Below, piece by piece: positions 58,469 through 64,000 of a stretch of DNA of 64,000 nucleotides. Origin of the DNA: Candidatus Rokuibacteriota bacterium. GTDB lineage: Bacteria; Methylomirabilota; Methylomirabilia; Rokubacteriales; CSP1-6. The stretch is from contig QHSR01000260.1 of the NCBI GenBank assembly GCA_003221635.1, positions 13,809-77,808 of the forward strand, in the 5' to 3' direction. Made by a program: the position numbers and the translations under genes. Each line of letters opens with the position of its first letter. Position 1 is the first letter of the stretch. The notes under the pieces were generated by a model that was given only the letters and a program-made list of their open reading frames with translations, did no database searches and was not told where the DNA came from.

Positions 58469-59368
58469 ATGGGCTTGGGAAGCCAGGCCAGGTGTCTGGT
58501 CCTCGCGCTGCTGCTCCTGAGCCCGGCTTTGCTCTCCGAGTCCGCCGCCGCGCAAGCTCCCTCCGCCGCCGAGCTCGCGCGGGGCAAGTACATGTTCGGA
58601 GCGACCGGAGGCTGCGGTTGCCACACCGTCCCGAAGCAGCCCGTCAATGCGGGCGGACGGAAATACGACGGGCCGTTCGGGACCGTGTACGCGTCCAACA
58701 TCACGCCCGACCGCGAGACCGGCATCGGCGGCTGGACCGACGAGCAGATCATCACCGCGATCCGTCTGGGTCGCCGGCCCAACGGCGAACGCCTGATCCC
58801 GGTGCACCCGTACACGGTGTTCAACGGGATGGCGGCGGACGATGTCAAGGCGCTCGTCGCGTTTCTGCGTACCGTGCCGGCGGTGAAGCGGGCCAATCAG
58901 CCGAAGAAGATCACGGTGCCGATGTTCGAGAGCGTGGTCCTGCCGGCCTGGCTCTCGGCCTTCGCGCCGCGGGAGACGCCGCCGGCGGCGGCACCGACCT
59001 CGGGGGTGGCGCGCGGCGAGTATCTGGTCCGCGCCGTCGGCCACTGCGGCGAATGCCACACGCCGCGGACCATGACGATGGCGACCGACAACTCGCGCTT
59101 CCTGGGGGGGAATCCCAAAGGCCCGGAGGACTCCGAAGTTCCGAACATCACGCCCGACAAGGCGACGGGCTTGACGTGGTCCGAGGAAGAGATCGCCGAC
59201 TATCTCGGTACGGGTAACAAGCCCGACGGCGACGTCGCCGGAGGGCTCATGGGCGAGGTCATCGAGGGCACGCTGGCCGGATTCAAGGACATGACCAAGG
59301 CCGATCGGCTCGCGATCGCCCAATACCTCAAGACGATCCCGGCGGTCAAGAACAAGATCGGCCAATGA
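58469..59368 (+). CDS. secreted two-domain c-type cytochrome (second motif CGECH is canonical; first is CGCH)
   Basis: ATG 58469. Signal peptide LLLLSPALLSESAAAQA. Duplicated ARG.Y...A.G.C..CHT modules. Confidence 0.8.
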   Translation: MGLGSQARCLVLALLLLSPALLSESAAAQAPSAAELARGKYMFGATGGCGCHTVPKQPVNAGGRKYDGPFGTVYASNITPDRETGIGGWTDEQIITAIRLGRRPNGERLIPVHPYTVFNGMAADDVKALVAFLRTVPAVKRANQPKKITVPMFESVVLPAWLSAFAPRETPPAAAPTSGVARGEYLVRAVGHCGECHTPRTMTMATDNSRFLGGNPKGPEDSEVPNITPDKATGLTWSEEEIADYLGTGNKPDGDVAGGLMGEVIEGTLAGFKDMTKADRLAIAQYLKTIPAVKNKIGQ

Positions 59369-59414
59369 GCGCAGTACCCTTCAACCCGAAGGAACCTACT
59401 GGAGGAGGAACGAG

Positions 59415-59909
59415 ATGAATCTCGAGCGTGTGAGGGCCGGTGCGCTCCTCGGGAGCCTCGTCGCGCTGGCCGTCGTCGGCTGCGCGATCGGCACGACGAC
59501 CACCATGGGGTCCGGCGATCCCGTCGCCGACCGCCAGCGGCTGATGAAGAACGTCGGCGCCAACTGGGCGGAGATCCAGAGCAAGGTCAAGGCCGGCAAC
59601 GCCGAGGCGGTCGCGGTGAACGCCGAAGTTCTGTCGCTCCACGCCCAGCGGATCACGAGCTACTTCCCCGAGGGTTCCCTCAGCGACAAGTCGAAGGCGA
59701 AACCCGACATCTGGCAGAAGTGGCCGGAGTTCAAGGCCGCCGCGAAGAACCTCGAAAACCGCGCCGGCACGCTTCGCGACCAGGCGATCGCGAAGGACGC
59801 CGCGGCCGTGACGACGACGGTCGCCACGTTCGGTCGAGACGCCTGCGGGACGTGCCACACGCCGTTCCGCGTCCCGCCGCCGCAGCAACCCGCGGCGCCG
59901 CGCTCCTGA
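59415..59909 (+). CDS. class II (cytochrome c-prime / c-556-like) cytochrome, probable lipoprotein
   Basis: GGAGGAGG RBS. Lipobox LAVVGC. Single C-terminal CGTCH after a helical bundle-length region. Confidence 0.75.
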   Translation: MNLERVRAGALLGSLVALAVVGCAIGTTTTMGSGDPVADRQRLMKNVGANWAEIQSKVKAGNAEAVAVNAEVLSLHAQRITSYFPEGSLSDKSKAKPDIWQKWPEFKAAAKNLENRAGTLRDQAIAKDAAAVTTTVATFGRDACGTCHTPFRVPPPQQPAAPRS

Positions 59910-59924
59910 GCCAAAGGAGGCAAC

Positions 59925-60443
59925 ATGAAGATCAGACATGTGAAGACGGGTATCGTTCTCGGTAGCCTCATTGCCTTGGCGCTTGCCAGCTCCGCAACCG
60001 GTCAGTCCATGACCAAGCTCTGGACCAGCGACGCCGTCGCCGACCGCCAGCGGCTCATGAAGCTCAACGGCGCGAGCTGGGCGGACGCCCAGGCGAAACT
60101 CAAGGCCGGCAGCATCGAGGCCATCGCGGTGAACGCGGAGACGTTGGCGCTCACGTCGACGCAGATTCCCGCACTGTTCCCCGAGGGGTCGTTGACCGAC
60201 AAATCCAAGGCGAAGCCGGAGATCTGGCAGAAGTGGGCCGAATTCGAGGCCGCGGCGAAGAATATGGGCGTTCAAGCCGAGAAGCTTCGCGACGCGGCGC
60301 GCAGCAAGGACCAGGCGGCCACCGAGGCCGTCGCGAAGGAGTTTGGACGGCAAGCATGCGGGACCTGTCACCAACCGTTCCGCGTCCCGCCGCCCCAGCC
60401 GCAGCAGCCGCCGGCGCCTCCGCAACAGTTGCAGCCGCGCTGA
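59925..60443 (+). CDS. class II cytochrome c paralogue of the preceding gene
   Basis: Collinear similarity to 59415-59909 (VADRQRLMK, FPEGSL.DKSKAKP.IWQKW.EF.AAAKN, ACGTCH.PFRVPPPQ). Signal peptide present. Confidence 0.75.
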   Translation: MKIRHVKTGIVLGSLIALALASSATGQSMTKLWTSDAVADRQRLMKLNGASWADAQAKLKAGSIEAIAVNAETLALTSTQIPALFPEGSLTDKSKAKPEIWQKWAEFEAAAKNMGVQAEKLRDAARSKDQAATEAVAKEFGRQACGTCHQPFRVPPPQPQQPPAPPQQLQPR

Positions 60444-60461
60444 AGATCGTCCGATGAGTCG

Positions 60462-60490
60462 GGGGAGGGCGCTCTGTCGGCGCCCTCCCC
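60462..60490 (+). terminator. strong GC hairpin after the cytochrome genes
   Basis: GGGGAGGGCGC tctgtcg GCGCCCTCCCC: 11-bp perfect stem and 7-nt loop, with no U-run. Confidence 0.45.
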
Positions 60491-60523
60491 GGCGGCAATC
60501 CGCCCTGTGCTAAGGTTGCCATC

Positions 60524-62509
60524 ATGACAGCGTCCCTTCCTTTCCGCGACACGTTCTGGAACGTCCCGGGCTGGGCGCAGATCGCGCTCTACGTCGGCGG
60601 CGTGCTGGCGATCGCGATCTTCGCCTACGGAATGTGGCAGCGGGTGAGCCTCTGGCGGCGGGGCCTGCCGGAGGACAGGCTCGATCGGATCGCCGACCGT
60701 ATCGGGCTCGTCGTGGCGCACGCCCTCGGGCAGGTCCGCACGCTCTCGCAGGCGTATCCGGGAGTCATGCACGCGATCATGTTCTGGGGTTTCCTCGCCC
60801 TGTTCATGGGCACCGTCCTGGCCACGATCGACTGGGATGTCACGCTCCCGCTGTTCGGGTACAAGCTCCTGAAAGGCCAGTTCTACCTCCTCTACGAAGC
60901 GGTGCTCGACCTGTTCGGGCTCTTCTTCGTGATCGGCCTGGGCATGGCCACCTGGCGGCGGTTCGTCATCCGCTCGGCCCGCGTCGAGGCGACGACGCGC
61001 TTCGCGTGGGTGCTCGCCCTGCTGTTCGTCATCAACGTGACGGGCTTCATGATGGAGGCGTGCCGGCTCGCGGTGGTCGAGCCGTGGTGGGGACCCTGGT
61101 CGCCCGTCGGCTATGCGCTCGGTCGTGGGTTCGTGGCGCTCGGCCTGACCCCCGGGGCGCTGCGCGGCCTTCACGTCGCGACGTGGGTCTTCCACGCGGC
61201 GATCGCGCTGCTCTTCATCGCGATCATCCCGTACTCCTACTTCGTCCATCTCCTCACGACGCCCCTCAACATCTTCTTCGCGAAGCTCGGGCCGCGCGGA
61301 GCGATCCGGGAGATCACGAACATCGAGGAGGCCGAGACCCTCGGCGTCTCGAAGCTCGAGGAGTTCTCGTGGAAGCGACGGCTCGACTTCGACGCGTGCG
61401 TCGAGTGCGGCCGCTGCCAGGTCGCCTGTCCCGCGTACATGTCGGGCACGGCGCTCTCGCCCAAGCAGATCATCGTGAAGCTCAAGCGGCACATGCACGG
61501 CGAGCTGCCGGGCCCGATCCACGGCGCGCTGATCAAGGCGGACGAGCTGTGGGCGTGCACGACCTGCATGGCATGCGTGCAGGAGTGTCCGGCCTTCATC
61601 GACATCGTCGACACGATCATCGACCTCCGGCGCTACCTGGCGTTGTCCGAGGGGGCGCTGCCCTCGACGGCGCCCCAATCGCTCCAGAACATCCAGCGGG
61701 CCGGGAACCCCTGGGGCCTGCCGGCCGGCGAGCGCATGGCGTGGGCGCAGGGCCTCGAGGTCCCCGTCATGGAGGCGAATCGCGAGGTCGAGTACCTGTA
61801 CTGGGTCGGCTGCTCGGCCTCATACGACAAGCGCAACCAGGCGATCGCCCGGGCGGTGGTGAAGATCCTGAAGGCCGCTGGCGTGAGCTTCGGCGTGATG
61901 CCGGAGGAGCGGTGTCACGCCGAGGTCGGCCGCCGCCTCGGCGAGGAGTACCTGTACCAGACCGTCCAGCAGGAGAACCTCGAGGCGATCAAACGGTACC
62001 GGTTCCGCAAGGTCATCACGCACTGTCCGCACTGCTTCAACACGATCAAGAACGAGTTTCCCCAGTTCGGTGGACGCTACGAGGTCCTCCATCACTCGCA
62101 GGTCATCGACGACCTGATCGCCGCCGGCCGGATCAAGCCGACGAAGCCGATCGACGCGTCGATCGCGTTCCACGACTCCTGCTACCTCGGGCGCTACAAT
62201 GGCATCACCGAGGCGCCGCGGAACGTTGCGAAGGCCGTTCCCGGGCTCCGACTCGTGGAGCTGCCGCGCAATCGTGAGCGCGGGCTTTGCTGCGGCGGGG
62301 GCGGCGGTCACATGTGGATGGAAGTGAAGGCGCAGAAGCGCGTGAACCTGATCCGCGTCGAGGAGGCGCTCGAGGCCAAGGTAGACATGGTGGGCACCGG
62401 CTGTCCCTTCTGTCTGGCCATGATCGATCTCGGCCGCAAGGTGAAGGGCGCCGAGGAGACGCTCGCCGTGAAGGATGTCAGCGAGCTGGTGGCCGAGAGC
62501 CTGGAATGA
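60524..62509 (+). CDS. membrane-anchored Fe-S oxidoreductase: NarI/DsrM/HdrE-like haem-b-type TM domain fused to an HdrD/DsrK/GlpC-like domain
   Basis: 661 aa. About 6 TM helices with conserved His. CVECGRCQVACP and CTTCMACVQECP ferredoxin motifs. Two CCG-type Cys-rich regions (VGCSASYD..CPHCFN; DSCYLGR..CCGGGGG..GCPFC). Confidence 0.82.
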   Translation: MTASLPFRDTFWNVPGWAQIALYVGGVLAIAIFAYGMWQRVSLWRRGLPEDRLDRIADRIGLVVAHALGQVRTLSQAYPGVMHAIMFWGFLALFMGTVLATIDWDVTLPLFGYKLLKGQFYLLYEAVLDLFGLFFVIGLGMATWRRFVIRSARVEATTRFAWVLALLFVINVTGFMMEACRLAVVEPWWGPWSPVGYALGRGFVALGLTPGALRGLHVATWVFHAAIALLFIAIIPYSYFVHLLTTPLNIFFAKLGPRGAIREITNIEEAETLGVSKLEEFSWKRRLDFDACVECGRCQVACPAYMSGTALSPKQIIVKLKRHMHGELPGPIHGALIKADELWACTTCMACVQECPAFIDIVDTIIDLRRYLALSEGALPSTAPQSLQNIQRAGNPWGLPAGERMAWAQGLEVPVMEANREVEYLYWVGCSASYDKRNQAIARAVVKILKAAGVSFGVMPEERCHAEVGRRLGEEYLYQTVQQENLEAIKRYRFRKVITHCPHCFNTIKNEFPQFGGRYEVLHHSQVIDDLIAAGRIKPTKPIDASIAFHDSCYLGRYNGITEAPRNVAKAVPGLRLVELPRNRERGLCCGGGGGHMWMEVKAQKRVNLIRVEEALEAKVDMVGTGCPFCLAMIDLGRKVKGAEETLAVKDVSELVAESLE

Positions 62510-62510
62510 C

Positions 62511-62861
62511 ATGAGAGCGCTGCTGCGCGCCCTGCCATCCATCGTCCGGACCATCACCGGCCTCGCCGTCGACCCCGTCCTGCCCAGGGCGGCGAAGATC
62601 GCGCTGGCCGCCGCCGTTCTGTATCTCGTCTCCCCCGTGGACCTGATTCCCGACTTCATTCCGGTCCTCGGATACCTGGACGACGTGCTCATCGCGGCGA
62701 TCGTGGTCGATGGGATGCTGAACTTCGTGAACCGGGGCCTCGTGCTCAAGTACTGGCCCGGCAGCCCGGAGTCGCTGGAGCGCGTCGCGCGTTCCGCGCG
62801 GGTCCTCGCCGCCTGGGTCCCGCGACGGCTCAAGGTGCGGATCTTCTCGGGAAGCTGCTAG
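62511..62861 (+). CDS. DUF1232 (YkvA-like) membrane protein
   Basis: ATG 62511. LYLVSPVDLIPDFIPVLGYLDDVLI signature. Confidence 0.7.
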   Translation: MRALLRALPSIVRTITGLAVDPVLPRAAKIALAAAVLYLVSPVDLIPDFIPVLGYLDDVLIAAIVVDGMLNFVNRGLVLKYWPGSPESLERVARSARVLAAWVPRRLKVRIFSGSC

Positions 62862-62921
62862 GCGAGCGGGGCCGGCGGGCGCCGGCCGCCGCGCGCCGAG
62901 ACAGCCTTACGAAAGGGGGAC

Positions 62922-63815
62922 GTGATGGCTCCCGCGGTTGGATTCATCGGACTCGGCAACATGGGACGGCCCATGGCGCTCAATCTCGTCAAGCACGGGT
63001 TTCCGCTGGTCGTGCACGACATCGATCCTGCGAAGGTCGAGCCGCTGCGGGCGCGCGGCGCGGCGGTGGCCGAGTCGGCGGAGCGGGTGGCGGCCGCCGC
63101 CGATCGCACCATCTGCATGGTCGAGACCACCGCCCAGGCTGAGGCCGTCATCGCCGGTGAGCGCGGGATCATCCGGACCGCCGCGCCCGGGCACATCGTG
63201 ATCTGCATGAGCACGATCGACCCATTCGCCGCGCGGCGGCTGGCCAACACGCTGGCGACACGCGGGGTGGCGATGCTCGACGCGCCGGTCAGCGGAGGCA
63301 CTGAGCGCGCGGCGACTGGCGAGCTCTCGATCATCGGCGGCGGCGCCGCGGAGACGTTCGAGGGGTGCCGCGACCTGTTCAAAGCCATGGGCACGAAGAT
63401 CTTCCACGTGGGCGGGCTCGGCCAGGGGCTGGCGATGAAGCTCGTCAACAACATGCTGGTCCAGGTCAATACGGTGGCGATGGCCGAGGCGCTCGTCATG
63501 GGCGTCAAGGCCGGACTCGATCCGCGCACGATCTACGAGGTGGTCAGGGTCAGCACCGGCACAAGCTCCACGTTCGAGCGGCGTGTGCCGAAGATCCTCG
63601 CGCGCGACTTCGCGCCGGGCGGGACCGTGGACATCTCCTACAAGGACCAGGAGCTCGAGACGGCCTTCGCCAAGCAGCTCGGCGTGCCGGTGCTGCTGGC
63701 CAACGTGAGCCAGCAGGTCTACCAGATGGCGCGCGCCGCCGGGCTGGGCAAGCAGGACGGCACCGCCATCATCCAGGTGCTCGAGTGCCTCGCGGGCGTG
63801 CAGGTCGGAGGCTAG
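62922..63815 (+). CDS. NAD(P)-dependent 3-hydroxyisobutyrate dehydrogenase family oxidoreductase
   Basis: 297 aa. VGFIGLGNMGRPMALNL Rossmann motif, DAPVSGG, and GQGLAMKLVNNML. Confidence 0.85.
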   Translation: MMAPAVGFIGLGNMGRPMALNLVKHGFPLVVHDIDPAKVEPLRARGAAVAESAERVAAAADRTICMVETTAQAEAVIAGERGIIRTAAPGHIVICMSTIDPFAARRLANTLATRGVAMLDAPVSGGTERAATGELSIIGGGAAETFEGCRDLFKAMGTKIFHVGGLGQGLAMKLVNNMLVQVNTVAMAEALVMGVKAGLDPRTIYEVVRVSTGTSSTFERRVPKILARDFAPGGTVDISYKDQELETAFAKQLGVPVLLANVSQQVYQMARAAGLGKQDGTAIIQVLECLAGVQVGG

Positions 63816-63939
63816 GCCAGTCGCGGCGGCGCCGGCCCCTGGAGCCGCGTCTGCATCGTCCGCATGACGTGCGCGCCTTCTCGCGCATCGCCTCGAGATC
63901 GCATGGCCACGAACGTCGCGCTTCTGGCCCGCCATCCTC

Positions 63940-63969
63940 TTGACATTGTCCGACGAACCAACTTCTAAT
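63940..63969 (+). promoter_or_regulatory. possible promoter TTGACA-18-TCTAAT for a gene beyond the window end
   Basis: -35 at 63940-63945 and -10 at 63964-63969. No CDS can be assessed downstream. Confidence 0.3.
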
Positions 63970-64000
63970 GCCCGCGCAGAGCGGTTGCCGACCTACGCTC

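Overview
GC-rich bacterial chromosomal segment (by eye about two-thirds G+C, with codon third positions almost all G/C). The taxon cannot be determined from the sequence alone. The content is almost entirely core housekeeping and mostly on the + strand. In order: livM/livH permeases; a tight 4-gene operon (two ferritin-like/di-iron proteins, a biotin carboxylase, a 71-aa biotinyl carrier); rpoD (-); malic enzyme, a GT2 glycosyltransferase, an aminotransferase and nth; rplM-rpsI; argC-argJ; the conserved rpsB-tsf-pyrH-frr-uppS-cdsA-dxr-rseP-ispG block plus a coupled [2Fe-2S] ferredoxin; rimP-nusA-ylxR-infB-DUF503-rbfA-nrnA-truB-ribF; rpsO-pnp-M16 peptidase; a near-complete purine cluster purBCSQLFMNH, then a MerR/TPR gene, then purDE; tsaC-mobA-thiI; rpiB-glyA; nrdR; a B12-binding radical SAM gene convergent with a phosphoribosyltransferase; tsaB-rimI; and a redox cluster (YceI, a dihaem-type cytochrome c, two tandem cytochrome c-prime-like genes, a membrane DsrMK/HdrDE-like Fe-S protein, DUF1232, a HIBADH-type dehydrogenase). 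I recognised no rRNA, tRNA, CRISPR, transposase or integrase. Main points for a second look: (1) Five conserved genes (malic-enzyme ACT domain, argJ, rbfA, purL, purH) each change frame at a point where a short conserved stretch is missing, and two further genes (HAD, MBL/beta-CASP) survive only as relics. This is either collapsed assembly gaps or real gene decay. (2) The di-iron + biotin-carboxylase operon has no carboxyltransferase and sits behind a perfect GAAC-N4-GTTC palindrome. (3) A 6 x 36-nt tandem array lies directly upstream of purD. It could be a hairpin array or a 12-aa-repeat basic micro-protein coupled to purD. (4) A stand-alone promoter-SD-polylysine mini-ORF-hairpin unit lies next to the radical SAM gene. 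(5) The first haem motif of the cytochrome c is CGCH (CXCH) instead of CXXCH. All functional calls come from motifs I recognise by eye in the supplied translations. No database search was run.
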